Positions 18,945-28,330 of a stretch of DNA of 64,000 nucleotides are shown in pieces; positions within the stretch are counted from its first letter, which is position 1; every line of letters starts with the position of its first letter. The DNA lies in the NCBI GenBank assembly GCA_016713125.1, contig JADJPT010000014.1:5083-69082 (forward strand), written 5' to 3'. The stretch is from Betaproteobacteria bacterium. Its GTDB lineage: Bacteria; Pseudomonadota; Gammaproteobacteria; Burkholderiales; SG8-39. Below the pieces are notes generated by a model. The model did no database searches and had not been told where the DNA came from. It worked only from the letters and a program-made list of their open reading frames with translations. Position numbers and translations under genes: made by a program.

Positions 18945-21900
18945 CTACAGCCCCCCCTGCGCGGCGGTCACCAGCTGTTCGGGTCCGTCCAGCCAGTCGA
19001 CCTTGTTCATCTTGCGCACCACCACGAACTCGTCGCGGTTGGTGCCTATGGTGCCGTAGTAGTTGAAGCCGTAACTCTGCTGCGCGTAACCGCCGATCAT
19101 GTGCGTCGGCTTGGTCACGATGCGCGTGACCGAGTTGTGTATGCCGCCGCGTCCGCCGGTGATCTCGGAGCCGGGCACGTTCACGATCTTCTCCTGGGCG
19201 TGGTACATCATGCACATGCCCTCCTTGACGCGCTGCGAGACCACGGCACGCGCGGTGATCGCGCCGTTCACGTTGTAGAGTTCGATCCAGTCGTTGTCGA
19301 CGATGCCGACCTTCTGCGCATCGGTCTCCGACAGCCACACGATGGGTCCGCCGCGCGACAGCGTGAGCATCAGCAGGTTGTCGGTGTAGGTCGAGTGGAT
19401 GCCCCACTTCTGGTGCGGGGTGATGAAGTTCAACACCACCTCGGCGTTGCCGTTGGGCTTGCCGCCCTGCACCGGATGGATGGTCTTCAGGTCCACCGGC
19501 GGCTTGTAGACGCACATGTTCTCGCCGAATCCCAGCATCCACTTGTGATCCTGGTAGAACTGCTGGCGCCCGGTGATGGTGCGCCAAGGGATAAGCTCAT
19601 GCACGTTGGTCCAGCCGGCGTTGTAGCTGACGCTCTCGGATTCGATGCCGCTCCAGGTCGGACTGGAGATAATCTTGCGCGGCTGCGCCTGTATGTCGCG
19701 GAAACGGATTTTCTCTTCTTCCTTGGGCAGCGCGAGGTGCTTGTGCTCGCGCCCGGTGATCTTCGACAGCGCCTCCCAGGCCTTGACCGCCACCTCGCCG
19801 TTGGTTTCCGGCGCCAGCATCAGCACCACTTCCGCGGCATCGATGTCGGACTCGATCCTCGGCATGCCCCTGGTGATGCCCTCTTCGATGACCGGGTGGT
19901 TCAATTCCCGCAGCTTCTCCACTTCGTGCTCGGTGTTCCAGGCGATGCCCTTGCCGCCGTTGCCGACCTTGCTCATCAGCGGTCCGAGCGCGGTGAACTT
20001 CTTGTAGGTATTGGGGTAGTCGCGCTCGATCACCGTGATCTGCGGCGCGGTCTTGCCCGGCACCAGCTCGCACTCCCCGCGCTTCCAGTCGTGCGCCTCG
20101 AAGGGCTGCGCCAGTTCGCTCGGCGTATCGTGCATGGTCGGCGTGAGCACCAGTTCCTTCTCCACGCCCAGGTGGCCCACGCAGACTTCGGAGAACTTCC
20201 TGGCGATGCCCTTGTAGATCTCCCAGTCGCTCTTGGACTCCCACACCGGATCCACGGCAGCCGACAGCGGGTGGATGAACGGATGCATGTCGGAGGTATT
20301 CAGGTCGTTCTTCTCGTACCAGGTCGCCGTGGGCAGCACGATGTCCGAGTACAGGCAGGTGGTGGACATGCGGAAGTCCAGCGTCACCAGCAGATCCAGC
20401 TTGCCCTCGGGCGCCTGCTCGTGCCAGACCACCTCCTCGGGCTTGGCACCGCCGAAGTCGCCCAGGTCCTTGCCCTGCACCCCGTGACGCGTGCCCAGCA
20501 GGTGCTTGAGGAAGTACTCGTGGCCCTTGCCCGAGCTGCCCAGCAGATTGGAGCGCCAGACGAACATGTTGCGCGGGAAATTGGACGGATGGTCCGGATC
20601 CTCGCAGGACATCTTCAGCGAACCGGACTTCAGCCCGAGCACGGCATACGCTTTTGGATCCATGCCCACCAGAGCCGCTTCCTTGCACACCCGCAGCGGG
20701 TTGGTCTGCAACTGCGGCGCGCTGGGCAGCCAGCCCATGCGTTCGGCACGCACGTTGTAGTCGATCAGGCTGCCTGGAAACGCCTTCGGATCGGCCAGCG
20801 GCGAGAGGATCTCCCTGACCGAAAGCTTCTCGTAGCGCCACTGGTCGGTGTGCGCGTAGAAGAAAGAGGTCGAGTTCATCTGGCGCGGCGGACGGTGCCA
20901 GTCGAGCGCGAAGGCCAGCGCGGTCCAGCCGGTCTGCGGCCTCAGCTTCTCCTGACCGACATAGTGCGCCCAGCCGCCGCCCGACTTGCCCACGCAGCCG
21001 CACATGATCAGCATGTTGATGATGCCGCGGTAGTTCATGTCGCTGTGGTACCAGTGGTTCATCGCCGCGCCGATGATCACCATCGACTTGCCCTGGGTCT
21101 TGTCGGCGTTGTCGGCGAACTGTCGCGCAACCGCGATCACGTCGGCGGCCTTCACGCCGGTGATCTTCTCCTGCCATTTCGGCGTGTACGGCACGTCGTC
21201 GTCGTAGGAGGCTGCAACGCCGCCGCCGCCCAGCCCGCGATCCACGCCGTAGTTGGCGGCCGTCAGGTCGAAGACGGTCGCCACCAGGGTCTCGCCCGCG
21301 GCCAGCTGCAGCCTGCGGACCGGGACGTTGCGCAGCAGGATGTCCGCGCCCTGGTCGTTGTTGGCGAACTGCTCGTTGACGATGCCGCCGAAGTACGGGA
21401 ACGCCACCGGCACGACCGCGTCGCGCCTCTCGATCAGCGACAGCGAGAGCTTCACCTCGGCGCCTGAGGCCGCGTCGCGCTGCTCCAGGTTCCATTTGCC
21501 GTCGCTCTGCCCCCAGCGAAAGCCTATCGAGCCATTCGGCGCGACCACGTCGCCGGTGGCCTCGTCCACGCCCACCGTCTTCCATTCGGGGTTGTTCTGC
21601 TGCGCCAGCGCGCCGGAAAGGTCGCTGGCCCGCAGGAAGCGATCCGCGACCCAAGCCTCGCCGCGCTTCACCAGCTTCACCAACATGGGCATGTCGCTGT
21701 AGCGGCGCACGTAATCCGTGAAATAGGCCGACTGCCGCTCGAGATGGAACTCCTTGAAGATCACGTGGCCCATGGCCATGGCCAGGGCCGCATCCGTGCC
21801 CTGCTTGGGATGCATCCAGAGGTCGGCCAGCTTGGAGACCTCGGCGTAGTCCGGAGTCACCGCCACGGTCTTGGCGCCCTTGTAGCGCACCTCGGTGAAG

Positions 21901-22697
21901 AAATGCGCGTCCGGGGTGCGCGTCTGCGGAACGTTCGACCCCCAGGCGATGATGAAGGTGGAGTTGTACCAGTCGGCGGACTCGGGCACGTCGGTCTGCT
22001 CTCCCCAGGTCTGCGGGCTGGACGGCGGCAGGTCGCAATACCAGTCGTAGAAGCTCATGCACACGCCGCCGATCAGGGAGAGGTAGCGGCTGCCCGCCGC
22101 ATACGAGACCATCGACATTGCGGGGATCGGCGAAAAGCCGATCACGCGGTCCGGTCCGTGCTTGCCGATCGTGTAGACGTTGGCCGCGGCGATGATCTCG
22201 TCGACCTCGTCCCAGCTCGAGCGCACGAAGCCGCCCATGCCGCGCACGGCCTTGTAACTCCTGGCGCGCCCGGCGTCCTCGACGATCGACGCCCAGGCAT
22301 CGACCGGCCCGAGGTTGCGGCGCGCCGCGCGCCACAGGCGGATCAGGCGTCCGCGCACCATCGGGTACTTGATGCGGTTGGCGCTGTACAGGTACCAGGA
22401 ATACGAGGCGCCGCGCGAGCAGCCGCGCGGCTCGTGGTCGGGCAGATCGGGGCGCGTGCGCGGATAGTCGGTCTGCTGGGTCTCCCAGGTGACCACCCCG
22501 CCCTTCACGTAGATCTTCCAACTGCACGAGCCCGTGCAGTTGGCGCCGTGCGTGGAGCGCACGATCTTGTCGTGCGCCCAGCGGTCGCGGTAGGCCTGTT
22601 CCCAGCTGCGGTCTTCGCCGGTGGTGACGCCGTGGCCGCCGGCGAAACTGGTGCGATCCTGCTTGAGGAACATCAGGCGGTCCAGAAAGTGGCTCAT
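18945..22697 (-). CDS. narG: respiratory nitrate reductase alpha subunit NarG
   Basis: ORF 18945..22697(-), 1250 aa, intact. The N-terminal STHGANCTGSCSW motif is present, and the sequence matches NarG along its full length. Confidence 0.98.
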   Translation of the reverse strand: MSHFLDRLMFLKQDRTSFAGGHGVTTGEDRSWEQAYRDRWAHDKIVRSTHGANCTGSCSWKIYVKGGVVTWETQQTDYPRTRPDLPDHEPRGCSRGASYSWYLYSANRIKYPMVRGRLIRLWRAARRNLGPVDAWASIVEDAGRARSYKAVRGMGGFVRSSWDEVDEIIAAANVYTIGKHGPDRVIGFSPIPAMSMVSYAAGSRYLSLIGGVCMSFYDWYCDLPPSSPQTWGEQTDVPESADWYNSTFIIAWGSNVPQTRTPDAHFFTEVRYKGAKTVAVTPDYAEVSKLADLWMHPKQGTDAALAMAMGHVIFKEFHLERQSAYFTDYVRRYSDMPMLVKLVKRGEAWVADRFLRASDLSGALAQQNNPEWKTVGVDEATGDVVAPNGSIGFRWGQSDGKWNLEQRDAASGAEVKLSLSLIERRDAVVPVAFPYFGGIVNEQFANNDQGADILLRNVPVRRLQLAAGETLVATVFDLTAANYGVDRGLGGGGVAASYDDDVPYTPKWQEKITGVKAADVIAVARQFADNADKTQGKSMVIIGAAMNHWYHSDMNYRGIINMLIMCGCVGKSGGGWAHYVGQEKLRPQTGWTALAFALDWHRPPRQMNSTSFFYAHTDQWRYEKLSVREILSPLADPKAFPGSLIDYNVRAERMGWLPSAPQLQTNPLRVCKEAALVGMDPKAYAVLGLKSGSLKMSCEDPDHPSNFPRNMFVWRSNLLGSSGKGHEYFLKHLLGTRHGVQGKDLGDFGGAKPEEVVWHEQAPEGKLDLLVTLDFRMSTTCLYSDIVLPTATWYEKNDLNTSDMHPFIHPLSAAVDPVWESKSDWEIYKGIARKFSEVCVGHLGVEKELVLTPTMHDTPSELAQPFEAHDWKRGECELVPGKTAPQITVIERDYPNTYKKFTALGPLMSKVGNGGKGIAWNTEHEVEKLRELNHPVIEEGITRGMPRIESDIDAAEVVLMLAPETNGEVAVKAWEALSKITGREHKHLALPKEEEKIRFRDIQAQPRKIISSPTWSGIESESVSYNAGWTNVHELIPWRTITGRQQFYQDHKWMLGFGENMCVYKPPVDLKTIHPVQGGKPNGNAEVVLNFITPHQKWGIHSTYTDNLLMLTLSRGGPIVWLSETDAQKVGIVDNDWIELYNVNGAITARAVVSQRVKEGMCMMYHAQEKIVNVPGSEITGGRGGIHNSVTRIVTKPTHMIGGYAQQSYGFNYYGTIGTNRDEFVVVRKMNKVDWLDGPEQLVTAAQGGL

Positions 22698-22752
22698 AAG
22701 CTGCTCCTTGGTTCTTTGAGTGTCCGTCGCGTCAGAGTCGGATTTCCCGGAT

Positions 22753-24141
22753 TCAGCACGGCATCTCGGCGCCGCGGCGCGAGTAGTACCACCAGGTGAC
22801 GACGATGCAGGTCAGGTAGAAGACGATGAACAGGTAGAGCGCGGCCTGCGGGTTGCCGGTCAGCGCGATCGAAGTGCCGTAGCTCTTGGGAATGAAGAAG
22901 CCGCCATAGGCGCCGACCGCCGAACTGAAGCCCAGCACCGCCGCGCCTTCCTTGTTGGCGTCGCGCACGGCTTCCTCCTGCGCCTGCGCGTTCCCGCCCT
23001 GCGCGTCGCGCATGCGCTCGGTCATGAAGATCACCGGGATCATGCGGAAAGTCGATCCGTTGCCTATGCCGGTGGTCAGGAACAGCACCATGAACATGGC
23101 CAGGAAGCCATGGAAGTTGCCCGCCGAGCCGGCCCCGGGCATGAAGTACAGGACGCCGATCACCGCCAGTGCCATGGCGATGAAGTTCCAGAACGTGACC
23201 ACCGCGCCGCCGAGCTTGTCCGAGAGCCAGCCGCCCACCGGCCGGATCAGCGCCCCGACCAGGGGGCCGAGCCAGGCGTAGTTCAGGGCATTGACGCCGG
23301 GGAACTGCGACTTGATCAGCAGCGGGAAGCCGGCGGAGAAGCCGATGAAGGAACCGAAGGTGCCCAGGTACAGCCAGCACATCAGCCAGTTGTGCTTGCG
23401 CCTGAAGATCACCGCCTGCTCGCTGAACGAGGCCTTGGCCGAGGCCAGGTCGTTCATGCCGAACCACGCCGCGAGCACCGAGGCAACGATGAACGGCACC
23501 CAGATGTAGCCGGCGTTCTGCAGCCACATCTGGCGCGTTTCGCCGTCCCTGGCGATGGTCTGCGGTTCGCCGCCCAGCGCACCGAACACACCCGCGGTGA
23601 TCACCAACGGCACCACGAACTGGACGATCGACACGCCAAGGTTCCCCAGCCCGGCATTCAGGCCCAGCGCCGTGCCCTTGTGCGCCTTGGGAAAGAAGAA
23701 GCTGATGTTCGACATGCTGGAGGCAAAGTTGCCGCCGCCGAAGCCGCAGAGCAGGGCCAGCACCACGAAGGTCGAGTAGCTGGTGCTCCTGTCCTGCACG
23801 GCCAGGCCGATGCCGATGGCCGGCAGCAGCAGCGAGGCGGTCGAGATGGCGGTCCAGCGCCGCCCGCCGAACACCGGCACCAGGAACGAGTAGAAGATCC
23901 GCAGCGTGGCTCCGCACAGGGCCGGCAGCGCCGCCAGCCAGAACAGCTGGTCGGTGGAGAACCGGAAGCCCACGTTGGGCAGGTTCACCACCACCACGCT
24001 CCAGACCATCCACACCGCGAAAGCCAGGGTGAGCGCGGGTATCGAGATCCACAGGTTGCGATTGGCGACGCTGTGGCCGCTGCTCGCCCAGAACGCCGAA
24101 TCCTCGGGATCCCAGCGGGACAGCACATGGTTGTTGGTCAT
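22753..24141 (-). CDS. narK: nitrate/nitrite transporter, NarK2-type (MFS NNP family)
   Basis: Within ORF 22753..24225(-). The start is MTNNHVLSRWDPEDSAFW (Met29). NNP signatures GGGNFASSM and GIGNGSTF are present. Confidence 0.9.
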   Translation of the reverse strand: MTNNHVLSRWDPEDSAFWASSGHSVANRNLWISIPALTLAFAVWMVWSVVVVNLPNVGFRFSTDQLFWLAALPALCGATLRIFYSFLVPVFGGRRWTAISTASLLLPAIGIGLAVQDRSTSYSTFVVLALLCGFGGGNFASSMSNISFFFPKAHKGTALGLNAGLGNLGVSIVQFVVPLVITAGVFGALGGEPQTIARDGETRQMWLQNAGYIWVPFIVASVLAAWFGMNDLASAKASFSEQAVIFRRKHNWLMCWLYLGTFGSFIGFSAGFPLLIKSQFPGVNALNYAWLGPLVGALIRPVGGWLSDKLGGAVVTFWNFIAMALAVIGVLYFMPGAGSAGNFHGFLAMFMVLFLTTGIGNGSTFRMIPVIFMTERMRDAQGGNAQAQEEAVRDANKEGAAVLGFSSAVGAYGGFFIPKSYGTSIALTGNPQAALYLFIVFYLTCIVVTWWYYSRRGAEMPC

Positions 24142-24247
24142 GATCGTGCTCCTGTTCGTTCGATTTGCCGCCGCCGGCCCGGCGCTCAGCCGTTCAGGCT
24201 GAACGGCTTGGCCTGCGGGCCCCATACCTCGGTGCGGCGCACCTCGG

Positions 24248-25444
24248 TCAGTACATCCAGATCAGCGATACCCAGACGATGGCGTACATCAGCATGAAGG
24301 CGCTCGAGCGTATGCCGGTGAGGTCGACCAGCGCCCCGAACATGATGGGAAGCAGGAAGCCGCCCAGGCCACCGGCCAGCCCGACGATGCCGGACACCAC
24401 GCCGATGTTCTTCGGATACTCGTCGGAGATGTACTTGAATACCGAGGCCTTGCCGAAAGCCCAGGCCACGCCCATGACGAACATGAGTGCGGTGAACACC
24501 CAGACATTCAGCCCGATGTGGAAAGTCTTCGGTCCGTCGATGGTGGTGATGGTGAAATCGGTCTGCGGATAGGAAAGCAGGAACAGGCAGATCCAGCTGA
24601 CCCACAACACCCACCAGGTGACGCTGTGCGCGCCGTACTTGTCCGACATCCAGCCGCCGATCGCGCGCAACACCCCGCCGGGCAACGAGAAGCAGGCAGC
24701 GAGCAGGGCCGCCACGCGGATGTCCAGGCCGTACTCACCCACGTAGTACTGCACCATCCACAGCGCCAGCGCCACGTAGCCACCGAACACGATGCTGTAG
24801 TACTGGCAGTACTTCCAGATATTGGGATCCTTGAGTGCCTGCAGCTGCTCGCGCCAGGTGATGTGCGACTCGACCTTGTGGGACGGATCGCTGTAGGTGA
24901 AGAACCAGAACAGGATCGCGGTCACCAGCATGGCGACCGCATAGACCTGCGGCACCAGCTGCCAGCCCAGCGCCACGACGATCACCGGGGCGACGAACTT
25001 GTTGACCGCGGCGCCCGAGTTGCCGGCACCGAAAACGCCCATCGCGAATCCCTGCTGCTCGCGCCTGAACCAGCGCGCCACGTAGGGCGTGCCCACAGAG
25101 AAGGAGCCTCCCGCCACGCCGACGAACAGGCCGAGCACCAGGAAATGCCAGTATTCGGTCGCGTAGCCGATCAGCCAGATCGGCACGACGCAGGAGATCA
25201 TCAGCAGGAAGAACACGATGCGGCCGCCGAACTTGTCGGTCCACATGCCCAGCGGCACGCGGATCAGCGAGCCGGTCAGCACCGGGGTCGCGGTCAACAG
25301 GCCGAACTGCGTGGCGTTCAGGCCCAGGGTCTTCTTGATCGGGATGCCGATCACGCCGAACATCATCCAGATCGCGAAGCACACGGTGAATGCCAGCGTG
25401 CTGAACACGACGACCGAGATCTGCTGCTGCCTTGTGCTTGCCAT
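24248..25444 (-). CDS. narK: nitrate transporter, NarK1-type (MFS NNP family)
   Basis: Within ORF 24248..25585(-). The start is MASTRQQQISVVVFSTL (Met48). It is the first gene of narK1K2GHJI. Confidence 0.9.
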   Translation of the reverse strand: MASTRQQQISVVVFSTLAFTVCFAIWMMFGVIGIPIKKTLGLNATQFGLLTATPVLTGSLIRVPLGMWTDKFGGRIVFFLLMISCVVPIWLIGYATEYWHFLVLGLFVGVAGGSFSVGTPYVARWFRREQQGFAMGVFGAGNSGAAVNKFVAPVIVVALGWQLVPQVYAVAMLVTAILFWFFTYSDPSHKVESHITWREQLQALKDPNIWKYCQYYSIVFGGYVALALWMVQYYVGEYGLDIRVAALLAACFSLPGGVLRAIGGWMSDKYGAHSVTWWVLWVSWICLFLLSYPQTDFTITTIDGPKTFHIGLNVWVFTALMFVMGVAWAFGKASVFKYISDEYPKNIGVVSGIVGLAGGLGGFLLPIMFGALVDLTGIRSSAFMLMYAIVWVSLIWMY

Positions 25445-25536
25445 TTTCGTCACCTGCGTCTGGTGGGTTTCGGCGCAGTCTAGGCGTGGCATCGCGGCCG
25501 CAATATCCCTCATCCGGGGGTGGACGACGGGCCAAC

Positions 25537-25552
25537 TACCCAATAGGAGGTA
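25537..25552. promoter_or_regulatory. candidate NarL 7-2-7 inverted heptamer site (TACCCAA-TA-GGAGGTA)
   Basis: The sequence tacccaataggaggta matches the consensus TACYYMT-NN-AKRRGTA at 6/7 plus 6/7 positions. It lies about 93-108 nt upstream of the narK1 ATG, in the narK1/narX divergent intergenic region. Confidence 0.45.
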
Positions 25553-25724
25553 GACGGTTGGCAGTCCGTCCGAGCGTTTCTTCACGACCTGCCGTCACGG
25601 GCAGGGAGAGTCGCGCGAGCCCCACGCCCGCAATGCGGAAATCCAGAGGTATATCCGCAGCGCTTGCGATTTGCGTATATTCGACCATCGTCTGCCGGCG
25701 CAGCGCGCCCGCCCGGAGGTTGCC

Positions 25725-27649
25725 ATGCAGTACCCCACGCAGTTCTGGACCCAGTCGATCCTGGTTCGCATCGGCTTCGCGATGAGCCTGATCGCCATAC
25801 TGGCGCTGGCCTCCATCTCTCCAGTTCGACGGTGTTCACCGAACGCTCGGAAGGCAAGGCGGGCGCCATCAACCTGGCCGGGTCGCTGCGCATGCAGTCC
25901 TGGCAGCTTGCCTCCAGCGTGGCCAACGCACAGCTCACCGGGGACGAGCGCAGGAGAATCGTCGAACGCAACGTCGCCGAGTTCGAATCCCGCCTGTCCA
26001 ACCCCCTGCTGCTTGCCGGACTGCCGACCGAAGACGCCTCCGCGCTGCGCACAACCTATCGCGAAGTCAGCGCGCAGTGGCGGGACCTGATACGCCCGCG
26101 CGCCCTGCAGGCTGCCGAATCCCCGGCCGCGGCGAGCACCTCCGCCTTCCTGGCCGAAGTGGCGCCCTTCGTCTCCCGCGTCGACCACCTGGTCGGCCTG
26201 CTGGAGGAGGATCTCGAGGACCGCATACGCACGCTGCGCTTCTACCAGGGGGTGGCGCTGTTCCTGATCGTGTTCGTGATCTTCGCCACCATGTACCTGA
26301 TGCACACCCAGGTCGTGGCGCCGCTGGGTGATCTGCTGTCGTGCTCGCGCGCCGTGCGTCGCGGCGAGTTCGACGTGCGTGCCTCGGGCACCGGTGCGGA
26401 CGAACTCGGCCAGCTGGGCGAAGCCTTCAACTACATGGTCGAGGATCTGTCGCGCATGTACGCCAACCTGGAGGCACGTGTGGCCGAGAAGACCGAGGCC
26501 CTGGAGCAGACGAACCGGTCCCTGGAACTGCTCTACAACACCACGCGCACGCTGTCCGAACGAACCGTCACCAACGAAACCCTGACCTCGGTGCTGCGCG
26601 ACGTCGAACGCGTGATCGGCGTGCAGGCCGGCGTGATCTGCGCGCACGAGGCTGCGCAGGCCAGCGGCTTTCCGATTGCAGCCACGTTGCTCAACGATGA
26701 CGGGCGGCCTGCGCTGTGCCAGGAAACGCGTTGCGATACCTGCTTCGCGGCCGGCCATGTCCACGAGCACCATCTGCCTTCCGGCGGCCGCATGCTGTCG
26801 GTGCCACTGGTCGAAGCCGGCCACACCTACGGGGTGATGCCTCTTGCGTTGGCGCCCGGCGACCACCTCGAACCCTGGCAGATGAAACTCGCCGAAGCCG
26901 TAGGCAGCCACATCGGCGCCGCACTGGCGACCTCGCGCCGCGCCGAAGAACGCCATCGTCTGGCACTGCTCGAGGAACGATCGGTGATCGCACGCGAGCT
27001 GCACGACTCGCTTGCCCAGTCCCTGTCCTATCTGAAAATCCAGGTCACCCGTCTGCAGGCCATGCTGGGCCGCGATCCCGCCCGTCCGGAAGCCGACGCC
27101 GTCGTCGAGGAGCTGAAAGCCGGCCTGGCCAACGCCTACCGCCAGCTGCGCGAACTGCTCACCACCTTCCGACTGCGCATCGAGGGACGCGGCCTGGACA
27201 CCGCGCTGCAGGACACGGTGCAGGAGTTCGCACAGCGTTGCGGCGTGGCGATACGTCTGGACAATCGCCTGTCCGGCGTCGAACTGGCCGCCAACGAGGA
27301 GATCCACGTGCTGCAGGTGATCCGCGAGGCGCTGTCCAACGTGGAGCATCACGCCAAGGCGAGTCACGTCGACATCGCATTGTGGCTGGCGCCGGGCAAC
27401 CGCTTGCGCGTGCGCGTCGAGGACGATGGCAGTGGCATAGGCGAGGCGCTCTCTCCCACGCACCACTACGGGCTGACCATCATGCGCGACCGCGCCGCGA
27501 GCCTGCACGGCACGCTGAACGTCGCGCGCAGGGCCCAGGGCGGCACCTGCGTCGAACTCGAGTTCGCCCCGGCCACGCCGTTCGGCGAAGCCTCCGCCAC
27601 ACTGCAGGCCGGCACACGAGCACCGCGACTGCGACCAGCACGCTGCTGA
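25725..27649 (+). pseudogene. narX: nitrate/nitrite sensor histidine kinase NarX, frameshifted near 25818-25822
   Basis: The start MQYPTQFWTQSILVRIGFAMSLIAILALASIS (after GGAGG) is in ORF 25671..26090(+). The protein continues as SSTVFTERSEGKAGAINLAGSLRMQSW (P-box) in ORF 25664..27649(+). HAMP domain, H-box ELHDSLAQSLS and HATPase motifs are all present. Confidence 0.9.
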
Positions 27650-28275
27650 TCATCGACGACCATCCGCTGTTTCGGCGCGGCGTCACGCAGTTGCTGGAAC
27701 TGGATCCATCCCTCGCGCTGGTCGGCGAGGCCTCGTCGGGGGAGGACGGCGCCAGACTGGTCGCCGAGCGCGACCCGGACCTGGTGTTGCTCGATCTGAA
27801 CATGAAGGGCATGAGCGGCATCGATACGCTGAAACGCCTGCGTGCGGAAGGTTGCACGGCGCGCGTCGTCATGCTCACGGTGTCGGACAGCCCTGACGAT
27901 CTGGTGGCCGCCATACGGGCGGGAGCCGACGGCTACCTGCTCAAGGACATGGAGCCCGAGCAGTTGCTGGCGCGCATCCGGGAGGCGCTGTTCGGCCGCA
28001 TGGTGATCAGCGACAACCTGGCCGGTGTACTGGCTCAGGCATTGCGCAGCGAGGCGCAGGCCGCCAGCCGCGATGCCGGCGAGCTTACCGACAGGGAACG
28101 CGACATCCTCGCCTGCCTGGCCACCGGCATGAGCAACAAGCTGGTCGCACGCGAGCTCGACATCGCCGAGGGCACGGTCAAGGTGCACGTCAAACACCTG
28201 CTCCGGAAGATGAAGTTTCGCTCCCGTGTGGAAGCCGCCGTGTGGGCGGTGCAGCACGGCCTGAAACGCGATTGA
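27643..28275 (+). CDS. narL: nitrate/nitrite response regulator NarL (REC plus LuxR HTH); the start codon is unresolved
   Basis: This is the tail of ORF 26716..28275(+): STLLIIDDHPLFRRGVTQLLE...DLNMKGMSG...LTDRERDILACLATGMSNKLVARELDIAEGTVKVHVKHLLRKM. There is no in-frame ATG, GTG or TTG between about 27541 and the DD motif. The coordinate given is the first CTG. Confidence 0.85.
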   Translation: MLIIDDHPLFRRGVTQLLELDPSLALVGEASSGEDGARLVAERDPDLVLLDLNMKGMSGIDTLKRLRAEGCTARVVMLTVSDSPDDLVAAIRAGADGYLLKDMEPEQLLARIREALFGRMVISDNLAGVLAQALRSEAQAASRDAGELTDRERDILACLATGMSNKLVARELDIAEGTVKVHVKHLLRKMKFRSRVEAAVWAVQHGLKRD

Positions 28276-28330
28276 GCCGGTTGCGTTCCCGCCGGCCTGC
28301 CCCTAACCTAGGCTCGAAGGAGGGGGCGCA

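Noticed and set aside
16732-19587. A 951-aa ORF that looks like a giant nar-associated protein.
   Set aside because: It is a composite. Its last 226 codons are narJ, an internal stretch is the true N-terminus of narH (MKVRAQIGMVLNLDKCIGCH...), and the rest is an out-of-frame reading of narH and narG.
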